Shown here piece by piece: positions 19,739-28,533 of a stretch of DNA of 64,000 nucleotides. The stretch spans positions 73,982 to 137,981 of the forward strand of contig CAZDKK010000002.1 of NCBI GenBank assembly GCA_964506245.1. The letters run 5' to 3'. Position 1 is the first letter of the stretch; the number at the start of each line of letters is the position of its first letter. Source of the stretch: an uncultured bacterium. Its GTDB lineage: Bacteria > Eisenbacteria > RBG-16-71-46 > CAIMUX01 > WJJG01. The translations under genes were made by a program, and so were the position numbers. The notes below the pieces were generated by a model. That model was not told the origin of the DNA and searched no databases. It worked only from the letters and a program-made list of their open reading frames with translations.

Positions 19739-20704
19739 TCACGTCGCTTGCTCTTGCCTGGATGCCGCCAGATGCTGCCGGACCGCGTCATTCGCGCGCA
19801 TGTACACGATCGCCGCCAGCATGGCGATCACAACCGTGGTCGCGACGATCCTCGCCCGCGGCGGACCCGACTTGCGATCGGGGATGTCCGGGCGGTTGAG
19901 GATGTTGATGACCGAGGCGTAGTGCTCTTCTCCGACCCGCGCCAGCTCGCACTGGTCGCTCACCATCTTGTACAAGTCAGCGGCGGATTCGACCTCGGAT
20001 CGAAGGGCATCGTGCCGAGTCATCAATTCGCCCGAGAGGTCCCGCGCCGGGTGCTCGCGCTCGAACGCCTGCAGCCGCTCCTGTGCGAGCTCCAGGATCT
20101 CGCGCCGCTGTTCGCGGCGTGTCTCGAGGAGGTCGCGGGTGTAGGCAAACCCCTGGTCGGTCTCGTGCTGGATGTAGGCGTCCACGCGTTCGAGCAGGCC
20201 GCCGAGCAACGCCGGGGCCAGGGCAGGGTCACGGTGGGTCGCCGAGGCATGCACGACATAGGTGCGCGGATTGATCTCCAGGCGAACGATGCTGCTGAGC
20301 CCGGTGATCAGCTCCGCGTCCGACGGCGAGTGATCGCCGTACTCCCGGGACAGGATCGCGCGGAGCGGCTCACCCTTGTGCTCCATCGACAGCAGCTCGG
20401 ACAGGACGCCCCGGCTCAGGGCGATCTGCGTGTACATGGTGGCCATGGTCGCCGGCGTCGTGCCCAGCGCCGGCGCACCGATCAGCTCGCTGACGCCCTC
20501 GATCTGCGGCGGGGCCGCGTGCGGCAGAATGTCGGCCGTGGCGGTGTAGCGATTGGGGAGGCGCAGCGTGTAGGCCATGCTGACGGCGGCCGCGACCGCG
20601 AAGACGATCACCAGCGCCAGGAGATGGCGCCGGATGAAGAACGCCCAATCGACAATCGTTGCCGCGAGCGGATCGGTGGCCTGAGGGGGCCGCGGATGGG
20701 TCAT
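19739..20704 (-). CDS. Wzz-like polysaccharide co-polymerase (chain-length determinant) protein
   Basis: Start at ATG 20704 (MTHPRPPQ...). N-terminal TM (LLALVIVFAVAAAVSMA), a long coiled-coil periplasmic region, C-terminal TM (IVATTVVIAMLAAIVYM). The upstream part of track ORF 19739..21184 is an artefact. Confidence 0.7.
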   Translation of the reverse strand: MTHPRPPQATDPLAATIVDWAFFIRRHLLALVIVFAVAAAVSMAYTLRLPNRYTATADILPHAAPPQIEGVSELIGAPALGTTPATMATMYTQIALSRGVLSELLSMEHKGEPLRAILSREYGDHSPSDAELITGLSSIVRLEINPRTYVVHASATHRDPALAPALLGGLLERVDAYIQHETDQGFAYTRDLLETRREQRREILELAQERLQAFEREHPARDLSGELMTRHDALRSEVESAADLYKMVSDQCELARVGEEHYASVINILNRPDIPDRKSGPPRARIVATTVVIAMLAAIVYMRANDAVRQHLAASRQEQAT

Positions 20705-20856
20705 CGTCCCTGACTCCGTGACTGTGCCCGGACTCCCCGGGCCGGACGGACCGAGGCCGCGTCCGGCGCCCAACTCCATCGGTCCGGCGCAAGGAATAAT
20801 CCCGGACTCCGGGCCTGTCAACCGAAAGGCCCGCGGTCCCGTGCGCGTAGCGCCTT

Positions 20857-22413
20857 TTACCACATGAACTTGAGGACTGCCCACCCGACATGGGCCACGG
20901 CGACCAGGCCAAACCACACCCCGCCTGTCAGCCGCAGCTCCCCGCGGCGCGCGGGATCCTCGAGATCCGGCAGGACAGCGAGCAGGATCATGGCCGGCAG
21001 GAACTGACCGAGGTGGCGGGTCTCGAGCGAGGTCGCCGCCACGGCGCCGAGCGCTCCGAGGGCGTAGAGCGTCAGGAAGAGGGGGGCCGCCGCATGGGGC
21101 TCGTGTCGCCGCGCGGCACGCAGCACCTCGCGGATCCCGGTGATGGCGAGCGGCACGATGGCCACCAGATAGATCCCGTGCCACGCCTTGAGGTAGATGT
21201 AATCGACCATGCCCGGCCGCAGTCCCGCCCAGAGCGGGATCGGGTTCACGATCAGGGAGAAGGACCCGAGCAGCAGCCGCACCGGCAGCGGCTGTTGCAC
21301 GATGAGCGCCATGCCGAGCGAGCCCTCGGTCGTGGCTCCCGTGCCGACCCGCTCATAGGTCTCCGCCACCGCGGCCACCGTCCCGGTCACGGACTGCACG
21401 CCCGCCAGCAAGTGGGCGTAGAGGAGCACCAGGCCGACCGCGAGGATCCCCACCGCGAGGAGTCGCCCGAGACCCGGCCGGCAATACCAGAACCACGTCA
21501 CGAGCGCCAGCAGGGCAAAGAGCGCGAAGAGCGGTGCACTCGCCGGCCGCAGGCCCAGGACGACCCACGCGCCCACAGCCACGGTCACGAGCGCCACCAG
21601 GAGGCGGATGGCGCTCATCTTCTGCACCGCCCGCACGAGCGTCCACAGAACCACGGTGTTGACGAGGAGTGTGAAAGCGTCGCGCAGGAAGAGCGCGCCG
21701 AAGAGCCAGAACATCCCGCAGGCCGCGCAGAGGGTGCCGGCGCGGCGCAGACGCGCGTCGATCGAGGCCGCCTGCGCGCGGCCTGAGTGCCCATCGGGCG
21801 GGTTCGGCGCGATTCCATGCTCCACCAGCTCGCGTGCCATCCGCACCGTCAGCGCGCCGACGCATCCCACGGTAAAGGCGTTCAGGAGGACGCCGATCCA
21901 GGGCCCGAAGTTGAGGCCGCAGGCCAGACAGATCCTGTAGAAGGATTGCCAGACTAGGACGGCGTAGGGAGCATTGACGGGGAATCGCTCGCCGAGGCGG
22001 TAGTACGGTGGCTGGCGGAGGATCGCATGGTAGAAGGCATCCGCATCCGACGTGCTCAGCGGCGTCCCGAACGCCCACTGCGAGTAGGCCTGGCACAGCC
22101 CGGCCATGAGCACACACACCGCGTACGTGAGCGCGAACCCGCGCACGACCCAGCGGTCACCGCGGCTGAGGTACCACGTCGCGCCGGTCCCGAGGGCAAG
22201 GAGCACTGCAACCAGGGCGAGCGGGTCGAGGGTGCGGTGGAGGTCGGCCAGCAAGGCGCTGCCCGCCAGAAGGCAGAGCGCGACGGTCGGGTAGCGCACG
22301 AGCGGAGAGAAGAGGCTCACCAGCGCGAGCAACGGGGTGGGCACGGCGCGCCCGCCGGTTGCGCCGCCCGCCGGGCCGCCCAAGGTCGCGGCTGTCGCTG
22401 GTGCTTCGGACAT
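20857..22413 (-). CDS. Polytopic integral membrane protein, Wzy-like O-antigen polymerase/ligase candidate
   Basis: About 12 predicted TM helices and a large loop. Position between wzz and the regulator inside a glycan locus. Start at ATG 22413 (MSEAPATAA...). Confidence 0.5.
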   Translation of the reverse strand: MSEAPATAATLGGPAGGATGGRAVPTPLLALVSLFSPLVRYPTVALCLLAGSALLADLHRTLDPLALVAVLLALGTGATWYLSRGDRWVVRGFALTYAVCVLMAGLCQAYSQWAFGTPLSTSDADAFYHAILRQPPYYRLGERFPVNAPYAVLVWQSFYRICLACGLNFGPWIGVLLNAFTVGCVGALTVRMARELVEHGIAPNPPDGHSGRAQAASIDARLRRAGTLCAACGMFWLFGALFLRDAFTLLVNTVVLWTLVRAVQKMSAIRLLVALVTVAVGAWVVLGLRPASAPLFALFALLALVTWFWYCRPGLGRLLAVGILAVGLVLLYAHLLAGVQSVTGTVAAVAETYERVGTGATTEGSLGMALIVQQPLPVRLLLGSFSLIVNPIPLWAGLRPGMVDYIYLKAWHGIYLVAIVPLAITGIREVLRAARRHEPHAAAPLFLTLYALGALGAVAATSLETRHLGQFLPAMILLAVLPDLEDPARRGELRLTGGVWFGLVAVAHVGWAVLKFMW

Positions 22414-22459
22414 CGCCGGCACAGTAGTGCGCGACCGGAGGCCACGCAAGCGCGGCCCG

Positions 22460-23818
22460 CTAGCCGTTCTGCGGCCCTTCGCCCGCGCGCGGATCCACCC
22501 CCAGCGATCGCATCTTGCGATACAGGTTCGTCCGCAGCAGGCCCAGGCTGCCCGCCGCCCGCTCGACGTCCCCGCCCGCCTCGCGCATCCGGCGCACGAT
22601 CAGCTCCCGTTCGAAGCGCTGGCGCGCCTCGCGCAGCGTCTCGCCATGGGTCTGGCTCCAGATGTCCGCCTGCCCCGCGCGCGGATGGAAGTCGATGTCG
22701 CTCGCCAGGATGCGATCACCCTCGCAGAAGAAGGCGGCGTTCTTGACGACCTTGGCCAGCTCGCGGACGTTGCCCGGGTAGTCGTGCTGCTTGAGCCGCG
22801 CCAGCGCCTCGGGCGACAGCTCCTTGAAGCGGAGGTTGTTCTCGTCCAGGAATCGGCTCAGGAAGTTGGGCGCGATGTCATCGATGTCCTCCAGGCGTTC
22901 GCGCAAGGGGGGCATCTCGATGACGAAGGTCGAGAGCCGGAAGTAGAGGTCCTCCCGGAACTCCCCGCGCGCGATTAGCTCCCCGAGGTTGCGGTGCGTT
23001 GCGAAGATGAGCCGCGCGTCGACCGGCACCTCGCGCGTCTCCCCCACCGGCGTGACGGTCTTCTCCTGCAGCACGCGCAGGATGCGGCTCTGCAGCGGCA
23101 GCGCGAAGTCGCCGATCTCATCGATGAAGAGCGAGCTGCCCTGGGCTGCCTCGAAGTAACCCTGATGATCGCGGTGGGCGCCGGTGAAACTCCCCTTCTT
23201 GTAGCCGAAGAGCTCCGCCTCGATCAGGTTGGGATTGAGCGAGGCGCAGTTGACCTTGTGCAGGGGGCGGGCATAACGCGGCGAGAAGAAGTGCAGGTTG
23301 GCGGCCACCAGCTCCTTGCCCGTCCCGCTCTCGCCCAGGATGAGCACGCTCTCGTTGAGCGCGGCCAGCTTGCGCGTCAGGCCCGTCACACGGCGCATCG
23401 CGCCGCTGTGGCCCAGGAGGGCGTGCCGGGCCTGGGCGGAGCTGCGCGCGTTGTGGATCGAGAAGGCATTGCGCACGGACGTGAGCAATCGCGCCAGAGA
23501 GACGGGTTTCTCCAGGAAGTCCAGCGCACCGTGCTGCAGGCAGGCCAATGTCTTCTGGATGTCGCTCTCGCCGGACATCATGATCGCCTGGGCGTTGGGG
23601 AAGCGCTCGCCCAGGACCTTCACCAGATCCTCACCATCGAGCCCGGCACCGGGGAAGAAGATGTCCAGGATCGCCACAGCCGGGGGCTGCTGCGTTGCGC
23701 GCGCGAGAAAGTCTTCCGGCGCGGCGGAAGTCTCGACCTGGTAGCCTTCGCGCGTGAGGATGGTGCGCAGCCGTTCCAGGATGGCCGCGTCGTCATCGAC
23801 AACCCACAGGGTCTCCAT
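22460..23818 (-). CDS. Sigma54-dependent response regulator (NtrC family): REC + AAA+ sigma54-activation + Fis-type HTH
   Basis: REC (LWVVDDD...D). Walker A GESGTGKE. Sigma54-contact GSFTGA (GAFTGA variant). C-terminal HTH. ATG 23818 is preceded by AGGGAGAG. Confidence 0.9.
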   Translation of the reverse strand: METLWVVDDDAAILERLRTILTREGYQVETSAAPEDFLARATQQPPAVAILDIFFPGAGLDGEDLVKVLGERFPNAQAIMMSGESDIQKTLACLQHGALDFLEKPVSLARLLTSVRNAFSIHNARSSAQARHALLGHSGAMRRVTGLTRKLAALNESVLILGESGTGKELVAANLHFFSPRYARPLHKVNCASLNPNLIEAELFGYKKGSFTGAHRDHQGYFEAAQGSSLFIDEIGDFALPLQSRILRVLQEKTVTPVGETREVPVDARLIFATHRNLGELIARGEFREDLYFRLSTFVIEMPPLRERLEDIDDIAPNFLSRFLDENNLRFKELSPEALARLKQHDYPGNVRELAKVVKNAAFFCEGDRILASDIDFHPRAGQADIWSQTHGETLREARQRFERELIVRRMREAGGDVERAAGSLGLLRTNLYRKMRSLGVDPRAGEGPQNG

Positions 23819-23864
23819 GACCTCGCTCTCCCTCACCTGGCCTGTTTTCGGGGCAGTCCGCCGT

Positions 23865-24947
23865 TCATGTGGGCAGCTCCGCCCCCAGTTTCCTCAACGT
23901 GATCGCGAAGGCGACGCCCGCGCCCCGGTCCTCGACGGTCACGTTGAGATCCAGATACTCGGAGATCCGCTGCACGAGGAACAAGCCGTATCCGCGGCCC
24001 GCGCCCTTCTCCGAATACCGGATCTTGAAGATCCGGGCAGGTTCGGCGATGTGGCGGCCGGGGGTCACGAATTGGATGTGCACCTCGCCCGGCCGGTCGT
24101 GCAGCTCGACCCGAAACTCTCGTGGATTGGCCTCGATGCCGTTGTTGACGAGGTTCACGATGGCCATGCGCAGCAGCGTGGGCTCGGTCCGCACGCGCAC
24201 CGGCTCCGGGGGCAGCTCGCCCCGGACGTCCAGCGCACCGTGCGTCGCACGTAGTTGGCGGAACGTTTCGGCGAGCACGGGCCCCAGCTCGAGCTCCTCC
24301 CGCGGGCCGAACTCGATGTTCACCAGCTCCTTGAAGACGCTCAGGATCGCTTCCACATCATGGGTCGCCGCGAGGATACTGCCCACCTCCTCCCGGGCCG
24401 CGCTGGCGCTGAGCTCGCGCCCGGTCCCGGTGAGGCTGAGGGTCTCGGCGGAGAGCTTCAGCGGCGTGAGCGGGTTCTTCAGCTCGTGCATCAACAGCCG
24501 GGCCCCGTCTTTCCAGGCCCTCATCCGCTCGTAGTCGCGCAGCTTCTCCTGATCCGCCACCAACAGGTCGATGTACTTCTGCATCAGCACGCGCTCGTTC
24601 TCGTCCGCCACCAGCCTGCGATCCAGCCGCAGCCGTTCCCGGGCGATGCGGGTCAAGTTCTCGAAGATGCGCAGGTAGGCGTCGGACAGGAGCCGCGACA
24701 GGAGCACGCCGACCGGGAGGCTGACGGCGAGCACGGCCAGCACCAACAGCACGTAGCCGACGAGCGCGCGCTGCAGGATGCGCTCGCCCATGATCGCCAC
24801 GTAGGCCTGGTTCTCGGCATGCACCACCCGCTCCAGCGCGTCCCGGAGCGCGTAGATCGAGACGGCGGCAATCACCGCGACCAGCAGGCCAATGTAGACG
24901 CTGAAGAAGATCAGGAACCGCCGCCGGATGGTCATCTGCGCTCCCAT
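23865..24947 (-). CDS. Sensor histidine kinase (2 TM, HisKA + HATPase_c)
   Basis: H-box MHELKNPLTPL. N-box NLVNNGIEA. G-box GRGYGL. Start ATG 24947 or 24935. Confidence 0.85.
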   Translation of the reverse strand: MGAQMTIRRRFLIFFSVYIGLLVAVIAAVSIYALRDALERVVHAENQAYVAIMGERILQRALVGYVLLVLAVLAVSLPVGVLLSRLLSDAYLRIFENLTRIARERLRLDRRLVADENERVLMQKYIDLLVADQEKLRDYERMRAWKDGARLLMHELKNPLTPLKLSAETLSLTGTGRELSASAAREEVGSILAATHDVEAILSVFKELVNIEFGPREELELGPVLAETFRQLRATHGALDVRGELPPEPVRVRTEPTLLRMAIVNLVNNGIEANPREFRVELHDRPGEVHIQFVTPGRHIAEPARIFKIRYSEKGAGRGYGLFLVQRISEYLDLNVTVEDRGAGVAFAITLRKLGAELPT

Positions 24948-25435
24948 GTGCCGTTGCGGTACACCCACTTCTCCTTGACCCGCGGAACGTAGTGGTTCCA
25001 CAGCACGCGCGTGGAGAGGCCCGTGGACTGGCGGAAGGTGGAATCGGGGAGGATGGTGGCCTTGACGAAGACCACAGCCTCGTCGCCTTCCCCGATCTGC
25101 ACACCCGGCAGGGCGAGTTGCGCCGTCCCCATCTGCTTCTGGATCTCTTCCGCGGGGATCGCGACCTCGTTGAGCAGCCACGTCTCGTCATACCTGAGGC
25201 TGTTCACCACGTGCCCGCTGTACGCGCGCCGATCCTCCACGATGACGGAGCAGTAGTAGTCGATCTTGAACTCGAAGCCATGGCGGATGAGATCCTCCGT
25301 GTCCGCCGTGACCGGGGCCGTGAGGTACGCGTCCACCGTGAGCGTCTGACCGTCGACCTGGAGGCCGAGCGGCAGGAAGAAGACCACCGCCGAGATACCG
25401 GCCCCCAGCACCTTGACGACGAACTCGTGGATCAC
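24932..25435 (-). CDS. Hypothetical membrane-anchored/periplasmic protein co-transcribed upstream of the histidine kinase
   Basis: N-terminal TM (VLGAGISAVVFFLPLGL). Overlaps the HK start by 16 nt. 167 aa. Confidence 0.5.
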   Translation of the reverse strand: MIHEFVVKVLGAGISAVVFFLPLGLQVDGQTLTVDAYLTAPVTADTEDLIRHGFEFKIDYYCSVIVEDRRAYSGHVVNSLRYDETWLLNEVAIPAEEIQKQMGTAQLALPGVQIGEGDEAVVFVKATILPDSTFRQSTGLSTRVLWNHYVPRVKEKWVYRNGTWERR

Positions 25436-25483
25436 GTCAGACCCTTCGCTTCACACGCCCTTCTGCCGGAACCCCATCCCTGG

Positions 25484-26248
25484 TTAGAAGAACACGCGCA
25501 CGCCCATCTCGGGACGGAACTCGTACGGGAGGACCTCGTCTTTCACCTCGTTGTGATCGTGGATGAAATCCTCCCACTCGCCCTCCAGCTTGAATCCGAC
25601 CGTCAGGCACTTGTCACGGGCGATCCAGAACTCGATGGTCGAGCCCATGCCGGCTCCGCCGATCGACTCGTCCCGGCCCTTGTCGGCGGCATCGTAGTCA
25701 GGGAGGATCCACAGCCCGCGCAGGAAGGCTGTGCCGCTGATGAAGTTCAACAGCACCGGGGTACCCCAGGTGAGCTTGAGGGCGAGTGCCTGGCCGTGGG
25801 CGTAGTACGGGTCACCGTTGTCCTTGTGCAGCAATCCCTCTCGCCGGAAGTACTCGAAGCCGGCGGAGACCCCCAGCCGGTACGCGCGGCGACTGTCGAT
25901 GTACTTCTGTTCCCAGGGCGGAGTCCACCCGGGAAACCCGAACATGTACCCGACCTCTATCGTCCACTGGTTCGCCGCTGCGGTGAGCACCGATGTCGTC
26001 CAGCCGGTGCCCCACCCCAACGTCTCCCCGGTCGCGTAGGGATTCGCATCCACGTTCTCCATGATGATCTTCTCGATCTTGACCTCGAGCGAATCGAGGC
26101 GGGCGCGGAGCTCGGCGCATTCGGCCCCTGCGTCCGATGGACCCTGCGCTCGGGACAGACCCGGCTGCCCAGATGGGTCCTGCGCCTGAGACGGCGCGAT
26201 GGCCAGCGCCAGCAAGACCACGGCGCCGATGGAGATGAGCGTTCGCAT
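25484..26248 (-). CDS. Putative outer-membrane beta-barrel protein with N-terminal coiled-coil segment
   Basis: Signal peptide MRTLISIGAVVLLALAIAPSQAQ. Strong GAGGAGG RBS before ATG 26248. Alternating amphipathic beta-strands. C-terminal ...MGVRVFF. Confidence 0.6.
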   Translation of the reverse strand: MRTLISIGAVVLLALAIAPSQAQDPSGQPGLSRAQGPSDAGAECAELRARLDSLEVKIEKIIMENVDANPYATGETLGWGTGWTTSVLTAAANQWTIEVGYMFGFPGWTPPWEQKYIDSRRAYRLGVSAGFEYFRREGLLHKDNGDPYYAHGQALALKLTWGTPVLLNFISGTAFLRGLWILPDYDAADKGRDESIGGAGMGSTIEFWIARDKCLTVGFKLEGEWEDFIHDHNEVKDEVLPYEFRPEMGVRVFF

Positions 26249-26387
26249 AAGACCTCCTCGCTGGATTTCGTCGGGTTCCTTATCCCACCGTCCGGCCGGA
26301 CTGTCCACGGGAAGGCTGGCGCGCATCGCTGGGCCGCGCCTTGCACCGGCGGCCGGCGTGCCGCTTCTTCCCACCGCGCGTCTTCTC

Positions 26388-26403
26388 GCAGAGCCCATGC
26401 CAG
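26388..26403 (-). promoter_or_regulatory. Candidate sigma54 (-24/-12) promoter upstream of the OM beta-barrel gene
   Basis: Minus-strand CTGGCATGggctCTGCg (GG-N10-GC spacing correct; consensus TGGCACG-N4-TTGCW). About 125 nt upstream of ATG 26248. Confidence 0.5.
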
Positions 26404-26478
26404 ACCGAAGGAGTCATGTAACCGCCTACGTTTGGTGTAGTTATCGGCGCATTCGCCATGGCCTGCATCCCACGCCCG

Positions 26479-26493
26479 TATCCGGGGCGATTC
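26479..26493. promoter_or_regulatory. Perfect palindrome GATTCgcgcgGAATC (candidate enhancer/UAS for the NtrC-type regulator), ~80 bp upstream of the 26388-26403 sigma54 element
   Basis: Inverted repeat GATTC-N5-GAATC followed by AGAACGGATCAG. A near-identical copy is at 27826-27840. Confidence 0.45.
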
Positions 26494-26501
26494 GCGCGGA
26501 A

Positions 26502-27668
26502 TCAGAACGGATCAGCGGCATGCGGGTCGCCGCCGGATGCTTCGTCGCCCGCCTGCGCCCAGATCCAGTCCATCACCTCCGCGATGCCCGCCTCCGTCTC
26601 GGGGTGGGCCGCGTTGGCGATGACCGAGAAGGCGAGATTCCTCTGCGCGCACACCACCGTCGCGCACAGGAACGTGCCCGCACTGCCGAAGTGAACCGAG
26701 AACGGCTGGCCGTCCCGGGCCGAGATGCTCCAACCCAACGCGTAGTCACCGACGGGACTGTGCAACCTCTGGATCGTGGCCGCGGGGACGATGCCATTCG
26801 TCCCGCGCAGGCCGTTCAAGTGCTGTCGCAGGAAGACGGCGTAGTCATCCAGCCTGATGCTGATGTCCCCTGCCGGAGCGATGACAGCGGGCAACACGTA
26901 GGCATCCCAGGGATCGTGGGGAATCAGCGTGCTCCCGTCCCAGGCGTGACCCCAGGGCTCGTCTGGGCCCGCGCGGCCCGGCCACCCAAAGGTGCATGAG
27001 GCCCCCAGCGGCGACAGGACCAGCTCCTGGACCAGGTCTTCCCAGGGTGATCCCATGACGCGTTCGGCCATGGCCGCGGCAATCGCGTACCCGGCGTTCG
27101 AATAGCAGTATTCACCCGGCGCGACCGCGGGAGCTTGCGCAAGCAGCCACGCCGTGAAGACATAGCGCTGCTGGATCGGCGGGCCGGAGAGCTCCGGCAG
27201 CGCGGCGAACTCCTCGATTTCGGTGAAGGGCTGGATGCCGGCCCGGTGGCTGAGCAGCTGCTCGAGCGTGGCCTCGCGATAGGGCTCTTGCACACTGCCG
27301 GCGAGCTCCGGGAACACGTCCAGAATCCGAGTGTTCCACGCAAGGCTGTCCCGCTCGACCAGCACGCCGATCAGGGTCGCCGTGACGGCCTTGGTGTTCG
27401 ACCCGATGTGCCAGAGATCCTCCCGCTGCAGCGCGTCGCTCGCTCCAAGCTTGCGGACGCCGGCGACCGCCTCATCCACGTCATCTCCGCGAACCACGAC
27501 GGCCGTCATCCCGGGGATCCCGTGGTCCGCGATCGCGCTCTCCAGGATTGCCCGAAGGTCCACCTCGGGAGGCGCCGGCTTGGTCGTCTCCTCACTGCAG
27601 GAGGCGAGCCCGATGCTGGCGGCCAGCAGCAGCGTCCCTCCGATCGCCCGATCTCCAATCCCTCTCAT
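26502..27668 (-). CDS. Lipoprotein serine hydrolase, class-C beta-lactamase/PBP-like family (ATG 27668; the track uses GTG 27686)
   Basis: S-x-x-K active-site motif HIGSNTKAVTA. Lipobox LAASIGLASC. GGAGAGGAGG RBS before ATG 27668. Confidence 0.8.
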   Translation of the reverse strand: MRGIGDRAIGGTLLLAASIGLASCSEETTKPAPPEVDLRAILESAIADHGIPGMTAVVVRGDDVDEAVAGVRKLGASDALQREDLWHIGSNTKAVTATLIGVLVERDSLAWNTRILDVFPELAGSVQEPYREATLEQLLSHRAGIQPFTEIEEFAALPELSGPPIQQRYVFTAWLLAQAPAVAPGEYCYSNAGYAIAAAMAERVMGSPWEDLVQELVLSPLGASCTFGWPGRAGPDEPWGHAWDGSTLIPHDPWDAYVLPAVIAPAGDISIRLDDYAVFLRQHLNGLRGTNGIVPAATIQRLHSPVGDYALGWSISARDGQPFSVHFGSAGTFLCATVVCAQRNLAFSVIANAAHPETEAGIAEVMDWIWAQAGDEASGGDPHAADPF

Positions 27669-27724
27669 CTCAGACCTCCTCTCCACGAACCCTCAATGGT
27701 GAAACGTGTCTGCGCCGGGGACGC

Positions 27725-27740
27725 GCAGGGTCCGTGCCAG
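27725..27740 (-). promoter_or_regulatory. Candidate sigma54 (-24/-12) promoter upstream of the beta-lactamase-like gene
   Basis: Minus-strand cTGGCACGgaccCTGCg. Exact TGGCACG, correct 10-nt GG..GC spacing. About 45 nt 5'UTR to ATG 27668. Confidence 0.6.
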
Positions 27741-27825
27741 CGAGTGCGAATCACCTAACTCCTAGCAGGGGTGCCTATTCCGGGCGGGGCGCGTGGGCGT
27801 CGGAGGCAGGAGTCGTATCGTCTGT

Positions 27826-27840
27826 GATTCTCGCGGAATC
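27826..27840. promoter_or_regulatory. Palindrome GATTCtcgcgGAATC (second copy of the candidate UAS), ~90 bp upstream of the 27725-27740 sigma54 element
   Basis: GATTC-N5-GAATC followed by AGATAGGATTCAG. Same arrangement as 26479-26493. Confidence 0.45.
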
Positions 27841-27896
27841 AGATAGGATTCAGGGGTTGACCGGACCTTCGGGCGGGGTGACGCGCGGGCCGACCC

Positions 27897-28520
27897 TCAC
27901 GACCACTCCAGGAAATTCCTCAGCAGCCGCGTCCCAAAGCGGTGGCTCTTCTCGGGGTGGAACTGCGTGCCCATCACATTGCCGTGCTGCAGCGCCGCGG
28001 TGAACGCGTATCCGTGGGTCGTGCGTGCAAGCACGTCGGTCTCATCGTGGCAGACGACGTGGTAGGAGTGGACGAAGTAGAAGGCGGTGTCCTCGTCCTC
28101 GTCGAGGCCGCGGAAGAGCGAGTCCGCCCGGACAATCTCCACGGTGTTCCACCCGATGTGAGGCACGCGCGCGTCGCGGGCCTCGGGCGGGAAGTGGAAC
28201 CGCACGGTCTGGCCATCCACCCAGCCTAGGCCCGGCACTTCCGCTTCCTCGCTGCCCCGCGTCATGAGCTGCATGCCAAGGCAGATGCCCAGCACGGGGA
28301 TTCGCTCTTGGCGGGCCTTGCGATCGAGCACGTCGCGCAGCCCCAGCCGGCCGATGTTGTCCATGCCCTCGCCAAAGGCACCCACACCAGGCAGGATGAG
28401 CCGCTCGGCCCCCGCGATCACTTCCCGGTCGGACGTGATCACGCTCTCGGCGCCGATTCGCCTCAGCATGTTCCGGATCGACCCGAGATTCCCCAGCCCG
28501 TAGTCGACGATGACGAGCAT
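27897..28520 (-). CDS. HisH-like glutamine amidotransferase (imidazole glycerol phosphate synthase subunit H paralog; WbuY-type in glycan loci)
   Basis: MLVIVDYGLGNLGS..., catalytic GICLGMQ, and the H..E triad region. Confidence 0.9.
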   Translation of the reverse strand: MLVIVDYGLGNLGSIRNMLRRIGAESVITSDREVIAGAERLILPGVGAFGEGMDNIGRLGLRDVLDRKARQERIPVLGICLGMQLMTRGSEEAEVPGLGWVDGQTVRFHFPPEARDARVPHIGWNTVEIVRADSLFRGLDEDEDTAFYFVHSYHVVCHDETDVLARTTHGYAFTAALQHGNVMGTQFHPEKSHRFGTRLLRNFLEWS

Positions 28521-28533
28521 CCCGGCGCGCTCC

